Source of the DNA: an uncultured Acidobacteriaceae bacterium
GTDB lineage: Bacteria; Acidobacteriota; Terriglobia; Terriglobales; Acidobacteriaceae
Length of the DNA stretch: 64,000 nt
NCBI GenBank assembly: GCA_964437985.1
Contig: CAYTIL010000025.1
Coordinates: 58,669 to 122,668, forward strand
Direction of reading: 5' to 3'
Position 1 is the stretch's first letter. Each line of letters begins with the position of its first letter. The translations under genes were made by a program, and so were the position numbers. The notes under the pieces were generated by a model. The model saw only the letters and a list, made by a program, of their open reading frames with translations, was not told the DNA's origin and made no database searches. Positions 8,579 to 17,691 of the stretch are shown here, one piece after another.

Positions 8579-9088
8579 CTACTGATGCTCCTTCTTCATT
8601 TTTTCGGTTTTCATCTTTTCTGCGGCGGAGCGCACCGCCTGAAAAATGGCCTGATAGCCGGTGCAGCGACAGGTATTGCCGGCCAGGCCCTTGCGAATGG
8701 CCTTCTCGTCTGGGTCGGGATTCTTCTCCAGCAATTGCAGCGCGGAACAGAGGAAGCCGGGCGTGCAGTAACCGCACTGCAGTCCGTAGTTTTCCAGAAA
8801 GGCCTGCTGCAACGGATGCAGTTCCCCGTCGCGCGCGAAGCCCTCGACCGTGGTGATGTCCCCGCCGTCGGCCTGCACTGCGAACAGGGTGCACGACTTC
8901 ACGCTCTGGCCGTTGAGCAGCACGGTGCAGGCGCCGCAGTAGCTGGTGTCGCAACCGATGTGGGTGCCCGTCAGGTCGAGATTTTCGCGCAGCAGGCTGA
9001 CCAGCAGCGTACGCGGCTCCACGGCGAGCGCGTGCGTCCGGCCGTTGACCTTCACCCGGATGGAGACGCGGGGCTCGGACTCAGGCAT
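8579..9088 (-). CDS. (2Fe-2S)-binding small subunit of the XDH/CODH family (CoxS-like)
   Basis: Two Cys clusters are present: CDTSYCGACTV (plant-ferredoxin type) and CGYCTPGF...CRCTGY. Confidence 0.9.
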   Translation of the reverse strand: MPESEPRVSIRVKVNGRTHALAVEPRTLLVSLLRENLDLTGTHIGCDTSYCGACTVLLNGQSVKSCTLFAVQADGGDITTVEGFARDGELHPLQQAFLENYGLQCGYCTPGFLCSALQLLEKNPDPDEKAIRKGLAGNTCRCTGYQAIFQAVRSAAEKMKTEKMKKEHQ

Positions 9089-9977
9089 AGAAGTGTCCTA
9101 CCTCCACGGATTCGTTCCGGCTCCGCCGCAGCGCCACGTCGAGGGCGCGGGCCACCAGAGTGCGGACCAGCGTGCGTTTGTACTCTGCCGAGCCGCGCAT
9201 GTCGGACTGCGGCTGGGCGGCGTGCATTGCGGCCTCGGACGCGGCGGCGATGGACCTGGCGTCCACGGTGCGTCCGCGCAGCGCAGCTTCAGCTTCCGGA
9301 GCCCGGAGAGCGGTCAGCCCCACGGCGCCCAGAGCGATGCGCGCCTCGCGGCAAACGGAAGCGTCCTCCATGGTGAGCTGCACGGCGGCACTGGCCGAGG
9401 CATAGACCGGCGCGCAACGCTTCACTGCCATGTAGGCCCCGCCGCTGCGGCCCACAGGCAGCTTCACCGCCACTTCGCTGATCAGCTCGTCGGGGGCGAG
9501 CACGGTGGTGAAGGCGTCGGTGATGAACGCCGGCAGCGCCACGGTACGCTCGCCGACTGGGCTTTCACATTGCACTTCGGTATCGAGCGTGAGCAGCACC
9601 GGAGCCCAGTCGCCGGTGGGGTCGGCTTCGGCGAGTGAGCCGCCCAGCGTGCCCCAGTTGCGTACCTGCACGTCGGCAATGCCGGCGGCGCAGTCATGCA
9701 GGATAGGCGCCTTGCGGGCGAGTGCGGAGTCTTCGATCTCGGTGTGGCGGGTCATAGGCCCGAATCGGAGCACGCCCTTTTCTTCGCGGATGTAAGACAA
9801 GCCGGGAATAAATCCCAAATCCACCAGATGCGCCGGGCTGGCCAGGCGCAGCTTCATCAGCGGGATAAGGCTTTGGCCGCCGGCCAGGAGGCGAGCGTCT
9901 TCGCCCAAGTCGGAAAGAATCTCCACCGCATCGCTCAGCGAGCCAGCGCGATAGTAGCGGAATGAGCGCGGATACAT
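9081..9977 (-). CDS. FAD-binding molybdopterin dehydrogenase medium subunit (CoxM-like)
   Basis: 298 aa ORF with an FAD-binding PCMH domain (…AGGQSLIP…, …GTLGGSLA…). It overlaps the coxS start by 8 nt. Confidence 0.85.
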   Translation of the reverse strand: MYPRSFRYYRAGSLSDAVEILSDLGEDARLLAGGQSLIPLMKLRLASPAHLVDLGFIPGLSYIREEKGVLRFGPMTRHTEIEDSALARKAPILHDCAAGIADVQVRNWGTLGGSLAEADPTGDWAPVLLTLDTEVQCESPVGERTVALPAFITDAFTTVLAPDELISEVAVKLPVGRSGGAYMAVKRCAPVYASASAAVQLTMEDASVCREARIALGAVGLTALRAPEAEAALRGRTVDARSIAAASEAAMHAAQPQSDMRGSAEYKRTLVRTLVARALDVALRRSRNESVEVGHFYA

Positions 9978-10203
9978 GGCTGGAAAAGAGAGAGCATGCT
10001 ACGTCGTGGGGAAGGGGCAGTCAAGGCTCTGCGATGCAGGCGATCAACGCATTGCGGGGGGAAACGGGCGAGGGGGGCCGCGCTGCACCAACTCGCTTGA
10101 CAAAGCCTCCTGAAATTTAGTTAACTTGCGGCCCTGCATGAGTTTCGGCGCTCCAAGCCGAGCGGGTTTTGGCGATCCTTATCTCCTTCGAGGTGATCCG
10201 GTG

Positions 10204-13200
10204 ATGAAACGTGCACTGTTTTTGTTGGCGATATCGTTCCTGCTGGTGCTGAGTGCGCAGGGCCAGAGCATCAACGCGACCCTGGAAGGCCGGGTGTTTG
10301 ACGCAACCGGCGCCGCCCTGCCCAATGCCAGCGTGACCGCCGTCAGCAGCGGCACCGCGCTGACGCGCTCCGCCACCAGCTCCGGCGGGGGCGACTACGC
10401 CATTCCCGGACTACCGGTGGGCGAGTACACAGTGACCGCGGAGCATTCCGGCTTCAAGAAGGACTCGCGCAGAGTGGTTCTGCAGATCGGCCAGAATGCG
10501 GCCGTGAACTTCAACCTGGCGGTCGGCCAGGTGGAGCAGCAGGTGACGGTGGAGGCGCTGGGCGAACTGGTGGAGCCGACGCGCACCTCGGTGAGCTCGG
10601 TGATCAGCGAAGTACAGATTCGCAGCCTGCCGGTGAACGGCCGCCAGTTCATTGACTTCGCGCTGCTGGCGCCGGGCGTGACCGTGGGCGAAACCACCTC
10701 GGGCTCCACCGACGTGATCATCGAGCCGGTGACCAAGATTTCCTTCGCGGGGCAGAACATCCATTACAACCTGGTGGCCATTGACGGCGCCGACAACATG
10801 TCCACGGCGTCGGGCATCCAGAAGACCACGCCCTCGCAGGAAGCGGTGCAGGAGTTCCGCGTCATCAACACCCAGTACTCGACGGAGGCGGGCCGCGCGG
10901 TGGGCGGCATTGTGAACATCATCACCAAGAGTGGAACCAACGACTGGCACGGGGCAGCGTACTGGTTCCATCGCAACGACGCCTTGGATTCCCCCAGCCT
11001 TCTGGCCTCGCCCAACCTCGACCGGCTGGACACTTGCAACACGCCCGGCTCGCTGGCCTCGGGCGGCTGCGAGCTGCTGGACAAGCTGATCCAGAACCAG
11101 TACGGGTTCACCATCGGGGGCCCGGTGAAGAAGGACAAGTTCTTCCTCTTCGCCAACTACGAAGGCCAGCGGCGGCGGGAAAACCCGGCTTACAACTCGG
11201 TGATCATCAACAACTTCAGCATTCCGGGCCCGCTCAACGACATTCAGGACGCCAAAGCCAACTTCGGACTTCCGGCCGAGAACCTGAACCAGACCCGGTC
11301 TTTCGACTACGACCAGTTTCTGATCAAGGCGGACGCACCGCTCTCCGAGCGCCACTATCTGTTTGTGCGCTACTTCTTCAACGACGCCACCTTGCTCAAC
11401 CAGTCCCCGCTCAACGACGGCTTTGACTTGCCCTCGGGCTTTAAGAACAACTTCTTCCGCGACCAGTCGCTGGTGGGCAGCCTGACTTCCACCCTGCGCA
11501 CCAACCTGCTGAACGAGCTGCGGGTACAGTACGCCAACCGCTTCTTCGACTTTCCCTCGGTGAGCGCCCAACCCCACCTGGAAGTGGCCAACACCTTCAC
11601 CATGGGCGTCAACCGCGGTAATCCGGAATTCTACCGCGAGCCCCGCTTCGAGATAAGCGACTCGCTCACCTGGACCAAGGGAAAACACACGCTGAGCTGG
11701 GGCGGAAACTTCAACCACGTGAACACGGAGGAGTCGTTCCCGCTGTTCTATCCCTTCGAGGCCAACTTCGGCACCTTCGCCGACTTCCTGGCCGGCAACC
11801 CGTTCGTGATTTTCTTCCAGCGCAACGATACCGCCAGCAGCTTTTTCGAACCATCCATCCTGCCCAACGGGACCGCGATTTACCAGGGCGGAGCCATTCC
11901 TCAGTCCATCCGCGACCTGGCCAAAGGCGAACTGTCTCACTCCTACTGGGGGTTCTTCATCCAGGACAAGTGGCGGGCCACCGACAAGCTGACGCTGAAC
12001 TTCGGAGTGCGCTACGAGTTTGAGACCTGGCCCGACGGGGTGCTGGATACCGATTCCGACAACTTGGACCCGCGCCTGGGTTTTGCCTACAACCTCGGAA
12101 CCAGCAAGAACATCGTGCTGCGCGGGGGCGTGGGCTTGTTCCACGGCATCGAACCCTCCAACCTGCTGCACTGCCAGCGCGGATCGTGCGGGGGCGTGCG
12201 TGGGCAGTTCCCCGGGCAGGAAACCAAAGAAAACGACCTGGATGCCGCCACCCGGCTGTTCGCGCTGGCCAGCGATCCCTTTGTAATGCAGGCGGCGCTC
12301 AGCGGACTGCTGCTCAACGGCACCTATCCCGATGCCACGCTTTCTCCCGGCCTGCTGACCTGCGCCGCCGGCTTGCCGCTGGCTACGGTGTTTTTCACCG
12401 GCTGCCCCAACAGCTTCCTGGCGGATGCGGTCATCGTGCGCTTCGCTCAGGACCACCAGGCGCCCTACGGCATCCAGATGAGCCTCGGGTTCGAGATGGA
12501 GCCCTTCAAGAACACCGCCCTGAACGCCAGCTACCTGCGGGTGCGGGGCGTACAGCTCTCCAGCTTCTTCAACATCAACCAGCCGCCCCCGAACGCCGAT
12601 CCCGCCCTCGACATCTTGTTCCACGATTCGCGCGGCAACACCGGCCCCAAGGACCGCTACTACGGGGTCTGTTTCGTTCCGCCGGCCTGCAATCCGGGAA
12701 CGTTCATCCCCGGCGTGGCTACCACCGGCTTCCTGCCCTTCGCGGTGTTCTTCGAAGCCGACTCCCGCTGGGGCTCGACCTATGACGGGCTGTTGGTGAA
12801 CTTTGCCAAACGGGCCACAGGCCACTTCGGATTCGGCATGAGCTACACCTGGTCGAAGGGCATCGACAACGGCCCCAACCCCAGCTTCGTGCTGATTCCC
12901 AACGACAGCGCCGACACCGGCTTCCGCCGCGAGCGGGCCATCTCCTCTGACCACATCGCCCACCGCTTCGTGGGCAACGCCACCATCCTCGGCCCCAAGA
13001 ACAAGCACTTCGTGGTCAACGACTGGGAACTGGGCACCATCATGAGCTTCCAGACGCCACGCTACTTCACCAAGTACGCCGGCTTCGACGCCAACGGCGA
13101 CGTCTTCGGAGTAAACGACCGCGTGGGCATCGAGCCGCGCAATACCTTCCAGGGCGATGGCTACGCGGCCGTGGACCTGCGCATCTCGCGCTCCTTCAAG

Positions 13201-13443
13201 CTGGGAGAGCGGGCCCGGCTGCAGGGCATCTTCGAGGCCTTCAACCTGTTTAACACGCTCAACATCCGTTTCTTCAACACCGTGTACGGGGCGGGCGACT
13301 TCTGCCCCGCAGGCGACGCCAATGGCTTCTGCCCGCCACCGGCCCAGCAATTCCTGGAAGGCTCGCCCAACCCGAATTACGGGACACCGCGAACCATCTT
13401 CAATCCGCGGCAACTGCAGTTCGCGCTGCGGCTGTCGTTCTGA
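10204..13443 (+). CDS. TonB-dependent receptor with N-terminal carboxypeptidase-regulatory-like domain
   Basis: Signal peptide MKRALFLLAISFLLVLSAQG, a CarbopepD_reg-like segment (GRVFDATGAALPNASVTAV…GEYTVTA), a plug/barrel region and a C-terminal …LRLSF ending in aromatic Phe. The ORF track starts at 10126; the first ATG with a signal peptide is 10204. Confidence 0.85.
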   Translation: MKRALFLLAISFLLVLSAQGQSINATLEGRVFDATGAALPNASVTAVSSGTALTRSATSSGGGDYAIPGLPVGEYTVTAEHSGFKKDSRRVVLQIGQNAAVNFNLAVGQVEQQVTVEALGELVEPTRTSVSSVISEVQIRSLPVNGRQFIDFALLAPGVTVGETTSGSTDVIIEPVTKISFAGQNIHYNLVAIDGADNMSTASGIQKTTPSQEAVQEFRVINTQYSTEAGRAVGGIVNIITKSGTNDWHGAAYWFHRNDALDSPSLLASPNLDRLDTCNTPGSLASGGCELLDKLIQNQYGFTIGGPVKKDKFFLFANYEGQRRRENPAYNSVIINNFSIPGPLNDIQDAKANFGLPAENLNQTRSFDYDQFLIKADAPLSERHYLFVRYFFNDATLLNQSPLNDGFDLPSGFKNNFFRDQSLVGSLTSTLRTNLLNELRVQYANRFFDFPSVSAQPHLEVANTFTMGVNRGNPEFYREPRFEISDSLTWTKGKHTLSWGGNFNHVNTEESFPLFYPFEANFGTFADFLAGNPFVIFFQRNDTASSFFEPSILPNGTAIYQGGAIPQSIRDLAKGELSHSYWGFFIQDKWRATDKLTLNFGVRYEFETWPDGVLDTDSDNLDPRLGFAYNLGTSKNIVLRGGVGLFHGIEPSNLLHCQRGSCGGVRGQFPGQETKENDLDAATRLFALASDPFVMQAALSGLLLNGTYPDATLSPGLLTCAAGLPLATVFFTGCPNSFLADAVIVRFAQDHQAPYGIQMSLGFEMEPFKNTALNASYLRVRGVQLSSFFNINQPPPNADPALDILFHDSRGNTGPKDRYYGVCFVPPACNPGTFIPGVATTGFLPFAVFFEADSRWGSTYDGLLVNFAKRATGHFGFGMSYTWSKGIDNGPNPSFVLIPNDSADTGFRRERAISSDHIAHRFVGNATILGPKNKHFVVNDWELGTIMSFQTPRYFTKYAGFDANGDVFGVNDRVGIEPRNTFQGDGYAAVDLRISRSFKLGERARLQGIFEAFNLFNTLNIRFFNTVYGAGDFCPAGDANGFCPPPAQQFLEGSPNPNYGTPRTIFNPRQLQFALRLSF

Positions 13444-13484
13444 GAAGGTCCTGCACCCCGACACGTCGGGGCGCTACAGGCTGG

Positions 13485-13512
13485 AAGGCGCCCGCGCGGG
13501 CGCCTTCTTTTT
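13485..13512 (+). terminator. Rho-independent terminator after the TonB receptor gene
   Basis: GC stem ggcgcccgcgcgggcgcc followed by ttcttttt, 42 nt after the stop codon. Confidence 0.7.
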
Positions 13513-13531
13513 GCCGTTTGGTCCGCGACCC

Positions 13532-14029
13532 ATGACGGTCAGCAAGGAAACATATCGCAAAGCCATGGCGCGCTTTGCCACCGGCGTGACCGTGGTTACG
13601 GTGGACCGCGGCGACGGCCAGGTGCATGGAATGACCGCCAACGCATTTACCAGCGTGTCGCTGGACCCGTTGCTGGTGCTGGTGTGCATTGATCATCGCT
13701 CGCGCACCCTGCCTCTGATCCAGAAACAGAAGCGGTTCGGAGTAAACGTGCTGGGGCAGCACCAGCGCGCCGTAGCCGAGTACTACTCCAAGAGCTCACA
13801 GGACCACGAGACCGGGCACCGGCTGGGCATTCGGTACACTCTCACCAAACGAGGCACGCCGCTGATCGAGCACGCCCTGGCACAACTCGACTGCAAGGTT
13901 GCCGACGCGCATGTGGAGGGCGACCACACCATCTTCATCGGCCAGGTGGAACAGGTGTCGGTCCACGAAGGACGGCCGCTGCTGTTCTATGGCGGCAAGT
14001 ACCACACCCTGGGCGGAATACCGCATTGA
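13532..14029 (+). CDS. Flavin reductase family protein (NAD(P)H-flavin oxidoreductase, RutF/HpaC-like)
   Basis: 165 aa starting at the internal ATG (MTVSKETYRKAMARFATGVTVVT…GMTANAFTSVSLDPPLLV-type motif). The N-terminal extension in the ORF track (from 13157) overlaps the receptor gene and the terminator. Confidence 0.8.
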   Translation: MTVSKETYRKAMARFATGVTVVTVDRGDGQVHGMTANAFTSVSLDPLLVLVCIDHRSRTLPLIQKQKRFGVNVLGQHQRAVAEYYSKSSQDHETGHRLGIRYTLTKRGTPLIEHALAQLDCKVADAHVEGDHTIFIGQVEQVSVHEGRPLLFYGGKYHTLGGIPH

Positions 14030-14045
14030 GCAGGAGTCGGGTGTC

Positions 14046-14066
14046 AGGTGTCAGGAGGATAGAGAA
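14046..14066. repeat. Family D copy (cgggtgtcaggtgtcagg)
   Basis: Same ggtgtcaggtgtc core as 4364..4385 and 53250..53270 (reverse complement). It overlaps the likely RBS of the LLM gene. Confidence 0.55.
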
Positions 14067-14070
14067 CGCG

Positions 14071-15126
14071 ATGCGATTTGGAATCTATACCGAGATGCAG
14101 ACGCCGCCGGGCAAGCCCCACGACCAGATGACCTGGGAAACCTTCCGCCAGATCGAGCACGCCGACGCGGTGGGCTTCGACGTGTTTTCCATCATTGACC
14201 ACCACTTCTTCCAGAAGTTTTCCATCTCCGCCAACCCGCTGGCCATGTTCGCGGCTGCGGCGCAGAAAACCAAGCGCATCCGCTTCCGCACCGCCCTGCA
14301 CACCTTGCCGCTGGAGAACCCGCTGCGCCTGGCGGGGATGATCTCCGAGGCCGATATCCTCACCGGCGGAAGACTGGAGTGCGGCCTGGGCCGCGGTCAT
14401 GCCTGGCTCTTCGGACCCACCAACGTTCCCCTGGAGGAGAGCCGCCCGCGCTATGAGGAGGCCATTGACCTGCTGCTGCTGGCCTGGACGCGCGAAAAGG
14501 TCACCTATGAGGGCAAGTATTACAAGGTGAAGGACGTGACCGTGGTGCCGCGCCCGCTGCAGAAGCCGCATCCGCCGCTGTCCACCGGAGGCACCAGCGA
14601 CGTAACCTACCAGATGGCGGGCGCACGCGGCTGGGGCATCCTCGTGCCGCCTCTGCTGCCTTGGGGCGTGCTCGAAGGCCCGCTCAACATCTACAAGAAG
14701 GCGTGCGCCGAGCACGGCCACGAACCCAACATCATCTACATCCGCCCCGTCTACCTCGACGACGACGAAAAGCAGATCCGCAAGGAAGTGGAGCAGGCCT
14801 TGCTCAACTTCCTGGCGTTCAACGCCTCGCCGGTGGAGTCCATTCAGAGCGAGGAGGAAAAAACCGAACTGCGCGCCAAGGGCTACGGCTTCTACGCCTC
14901 GGGGGCGCTGGAGTCGCTGACCAAGCTGACTTATGAGCAGATCGTGGAGCAGGAGATCGCCTACATCGGCACGCCCGGCAAGGTGATCGAGCAAATCCGC
15001 GCGCTGCAGAAGAAGGGTGGAATCGGAGAGTTGGCCATCGTGTCCAACTTCGGCGGGCTCGAGCCGTGGAAAACCATCAAGACCCAGCAATTGTTCGCCG
15101 ACAAGGTGATGCCGGCGTTTCGATGA
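14071..15126 (+). CDS. LLM class (luciferase-like) flavin-dependent oxidoreductase
   Basis: 351 aa from MRFGIYTEMQ. It has a TIM-barrel LLM signature and an RBS aggagg 12 nt upstream. It is paired with the upstream flavin reductase, the classic two-component monooxygenase arrangement. Confidence 0.8.
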   Translation: MRFGIYTEMQTPPGKPHDQMTWETFRQIEHADAVGFDVFSIIDHHFFQKFSISANPLAMFAAAAQKTKRIRFRTALHTLPLENPLRLAGMISEADILTGGRLECGLGRGHAWLFGPTNVPLEESRPRYEEAIDLLLLAWTREKVTYEGKYYKVKDVTVVPRPLQKPHPPLSTGGTSDVTYQMAGARGWGILVPPLLPWGVLEGPLNIYKKACAEHGHEPNIIYIRPVYLDDDEKQIRKEVEQALLNFLAFNASPVESIQSEEEKTELRAKGYGFYASGALESLTKLTYEQIVEQEIAYIGTPGKVIEQIRALQKKGGIGELAIVSNFGGLEPWKTIKTQQLFADKVMPAFR

Positions 15127-15136
15127 GTTGCCCCGC

Positions 15137-15163
15137 GTAGCCCGGCCGCCCTCGGCCGGGTAC
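15137..15163. repeat. REP-like family B: gtagcccggccgccctcggccgggtac
   Basis: GTAG head plus the palindrome cccggccg…cggccggg. It lies directly after the LLM stop and 6 nt before the next ORF. Confidence 0.65.
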
Positions 15164-15168
15164 ATCCC

Positions 15169-16293
15169 ATGTCTAGCAGTTCACAAACCGTGAGGGCAGC
15201 CGGCAGGAATGGGCTGGCGCTCGCGCCCTTTGCGCCCATGAGCGCCACCCGCCTGCTGGTCTTCAGCGGAATTGCGCTCATCGTGGCGGGGCTGATCTTC
15301 GGCGACATCTTCGCGGTGTTCGTCCTCCATCAGAACGCCGGGCGCGTCGGCGAGCACCTGCTGGCGGCCACGCGCGCCGTCGCCGCCCAGCAACCGGAAG
15401 CCGTGCTCAACCATTTCGGATCCATTGGCAAGCTGCTGGAGAATCGCGGCACCAAAGTGGACACTCACGTCCACATCATTGACTTCGGTTACATCGCGCT
15501 CCTGCTGGCGTTGATCCAGCCGTATGTCGCACTGAGCGATGCTGCCCGCAAGCGCCTGGCGAAGCTCTTCGTGGCGGGCGCCACCCTGCTGCCGCCGTCG
15601 GTGTTCCTGATCCACTACGTGGGACTCGCCTACAGCCCGCTGAGCTCCATCGGCTGGGCCAGCATCGCCGCCGACTTCGGCGGGTTGCTGGTGGTCCTGG
15701 CCTGTGCGGGCGAGCTGGTGGGATTGTGGCGCTACCGCGCCGGAGAGCGCGGCACGCAGGATGAGGCCAGGCTTTTCGACACCGAAAGCTGGGCCAGCCG
15801 CACGCTGTTGGCGGGCGGAACGCTGCTGGTGCTGGCGGGATTTGTGCACGGCACCTATTACGCCGCCGTGGACCTCTACGATCACGCCGCACAGGACACG
15901 GCCATCCTGCGCTCCATGATGGAGAACGCCGCGTCCGGAAAACTGCCTGCGGCAGAAGCCGCGGTGGCCGGCTACGGCGGCCTGCTGGGCAACAAGGCTG
16001 TGAAGATAGCCGCGCACGCGCACATCATCGAGTTCGGATTGCTGGCCATGCTGCTGGCCTTCATCCAGCCCTACGTCTATCTCAGCGAGCGCTGGAAGCG
16101 ACGCTGGGTGTGGGTGCTGCTGGCCGGATCGGTGATCCTGCCGGTGTTTGTGCTGGCGGAATTGCGCCTGGGCCTGCTGGCGGGCGGCATCGCGGATATC
16201 GGCGGCCTGCTGGTGGTGGTGGCGCTGCTGGGGATGCTGGTGGGCGTCCTGCGCTTCACCGGAGCGGCCGACGCTGCCGGAGGCGGGTCATGA
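15169..16293 (+). CDS. Polytopic membrane protein of unknown function with an internal tandem duplication
   Basis: 374 aa. The two halves share the module TM - KVDTHVHIIDFGYIALLLALIQPYVALSDAARKR / AVKIAAHAHIIEFGLLAMLLAFIQPYVYLSERWKRR - TM-TM. The start is uncertain (15169 or 15238) and there is no clear RBS. Confidence 0.55.
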   Translation: MSSSSQTVRAAGRNGLALAPFAPMSATRLLVFSGIALIVAGLIFGDIFAVFVLHQNAGRVGEHLLAATRAVAAQQPEAVLNHFGSIGKLLENRGTKVDTHVHIIDFGYIALLLALIQPYVALSDAARKRLAKLFVAGATLLPPSVFLIHYVGLAYSPLSSIGWASIAADFGGLLVVLACAGELVGLWRYRAGERGTQDEARLFDTESWASRTLLAGGTLLVLAGFVHGTYYAAVDLYDHAAQDTAILRSMMENAASGKLPAAEAAVAGYGGLLGNKAVKIAAHAHIIEFGLLAMLLAFIQPYVYLSERWKRRWVWVLLAGSVILPVFVLAELRLGLLAGGIADIGGLLVVVALLGMLVGVLRFTGAADAAGGGS

Positions 16294-16778
16294 GCGGGCC
16301 GCGCAAGCTGCTCATCAGCGGAGGCCTGGCCCTGCTGATCTGGGGAATGAGCTACGGGCTGTGGTTTGCCGTCTTCGACGAGCACCAGACCCTGGAACGC
16401 ATGGGCGGGTCGCTGGCCACCGGCTTCGCCAAGGCTGCCGAACGCAAGCTGCCGGAGGCGCACGCCGCCCTCGACACCTACGCCGCCACCCGCTTCGAAT
16501 ATGTGCGCGAAGTGGACGTGCATTCGCACTGGAGTGGGCTGGCCATGCTGCTGATCGTGCTGGGCGTGGTCTTGGACCGGGTCGGGTATGATGAGCGCAA
16601 GCGCCAGGTGCTGGCGGCGATGCTGCTGGCCGGAGCGGTGATTTTCCCGCTGGGGGTGATCCTGCAGACCTTCGACCGCGGCCCGGCGCCGCAGGCGATT
16701 GCGGTGGCGGGATCGGGGATGCTGATCGCGGCCCTGGCAGCAGTGGCAGCAGGGCTCCTGCGGCGAGAGAAAGAGTAG
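16290..16778 (+). CDS. Membrane protein, single-module paralog of the preceding gene
   Basis: 162 aa. It contains VDVHSHWSGLAMLLIVLGVVLDRVGYDERKRQ, homologous to the repeated module upstream. Its start ATG overlaps the upstream stop (ATGA), indicating translational coupling. Confidence 0.55.
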   Translation: MSGPRKLLISGGLALLIWGMSYGLWFAVFDEHQTLERMGGSLATGFAKAAERKLPEAHAALDTYAATRFEYVREVDVHSHWSGLAMLLIVLGVVLDRVGYDERKRQVLAAMLLAGAVIFPLGVILQTFDRGPAPQAIAVAGSGMLIAALAAVAAGLLRREKE

Positions 16779-16780
16779 CT

Positions 16781-16828
16781 GTAGAGACGTTGCTTGCAAC
16801 GTCTCGTTGCTGGCAACGTCTCGGCGAG
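16781..16828. repeat. REP-like family A doublet: gtagagacgttgcttgcaacgtctc + gttgctggcaacgtctcggcg
   Basis: The first unit is a perfect 10 bp stem (gagacgttgc/gcaacgtctc). The second is a related unit in opposite orientation. The ORF-track start 16794 of the next gene lies inside it. Confidence 0.6.
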
Positions 16829-16841
16829 CTGGGGGGGAAGC

Positions 16842-17597
16842 GTGCTGGTCCTGACGGGCGGTGTGCGGGTGTGGAGCGCCGGCTCGGGAGAGCTTCGCAC
16901 CGAAGGCACGCGCTCCTTCCGCAAACTGGTCTGCCGCGAGAACGGCTCCAAAGGCCTGGCCCAAACCCTCAGCGAGTACGCTCCCGGGCGTTCCGCGGTG
17001 CGCGTGAATCCGGTGGCGGAAGAAGTCGTGTACGTGATCAGTGGGCACGGCGCCTGCCGGGTGGCTGCGTCCGACTATGCGCTGGAAACCGGCGCCGGCG
17101 TGTTCATCCCGCCGCGCGCCGAGTGCAGCTTTGAGAACCCCGGGCCGGAGAAGCTGGTGGTGGTGGGCGTGACCAGCCCCGAAGATGATGTGGCGCACGT
17201 GGTGCAAGAACCCATCCAAAAACCCGATCCCAAGCGCAAGCCGCCGCGCCGCCTGGTGCGCGAGGAGGAGCGCAAGATCGCCATCTTCGGCGACCGCCAG
17301 TTCCGAATCCTGGTGGGAGAAGACATGAAGTGCCGGAACATGACGCAGTTCGTGGGCTACATTCCGCCCAGCAAGGACCCGCTGCACGCGCACACTTACG
17401 AGGAGGTGCTGTACGTGCTGCAGGGCTCGGGACTGGTTCACACCGAAACCGAGAGCTGCGAATTCAGCCCCGGCAGCACCATCTTCCTTCCGGCGGGCGT
17501 CACTCACTCCCTGGAGAATCCGCTCACCACCGCCGTCCGCGTGCTGGGTGTGTTTCAACCGTCGGGCAGCCCGGCTGCGCGTTATCATAAGCGCTGA
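16842..17597 (+). CDS. Bicupin (two cupin-domain) protein
   Basis: Two cupin motifs are present (…EVVYVISGHGACRV… and …HAHTYEEVLYVLQGSG…). The start is uncertain. GTG 16842 follows a G-rich RBS, while the ORF-track start 16794 overlaps the REP. Confidence 0.6.
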   Translation: MLVLTGGVRVWSAGSGELRTEGTRSFRKLVCRENGSKGLAQTLSEYAPGRSAVRVNPVAEEVVYVISGHGACRVAASDYALETGAGVFIPPRAECSFENPGPEKLVVVGVTSPEDDVAHVVQEPIQKPDPKRKPPRRLVREEERKIAIFGDRQFRILVGEDMKCRNMTQFVGYIPPSKDPLHAHTYEEVLYVLQGSGLVHTETESCEFSPGSTIFLPAGVTHSLENPLTTAVRVLGVFQPSGSPAARYHKR

Positions 17598-17691
17598 CCC
17601 GGACCCCCTCGTGACCTTCCCCTTCCAATCCGAAACCCAGGACACTCCTCCCCATCGCCAGCCGCCGCAAGGTGAAGGCGAATTGCAGGAC

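Noticed and set aside
10097-10123. Sigma-70 promoter for the TonB receptor (TTGACA at 10097..10102)
   Set aside because: The -35 hexamer is perfect but the best -10 candidate (tagtta, 15 nt spacer) is poor. It is not supportable without transcript data.
10411-13464. 1017 aa minus-strand ORF
   Set aside because: It lies entirely antisense to the TonB-dependent receptor, which has a signal peptide, plug/barrel motifs and a terminal Phe. It has no recognisable motifs.
14071-15126. Calling the LLM oxidoreductase F420-dependent because of the nearby cof operon
   Set aside because: It is immediately preceded by, and coupled to, a flavin reductase gene. That is the hallmark of FMNH2-dependent two-component monooxygenases. 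No F420-binding signature was recognisable, so F420 dependence is left open.
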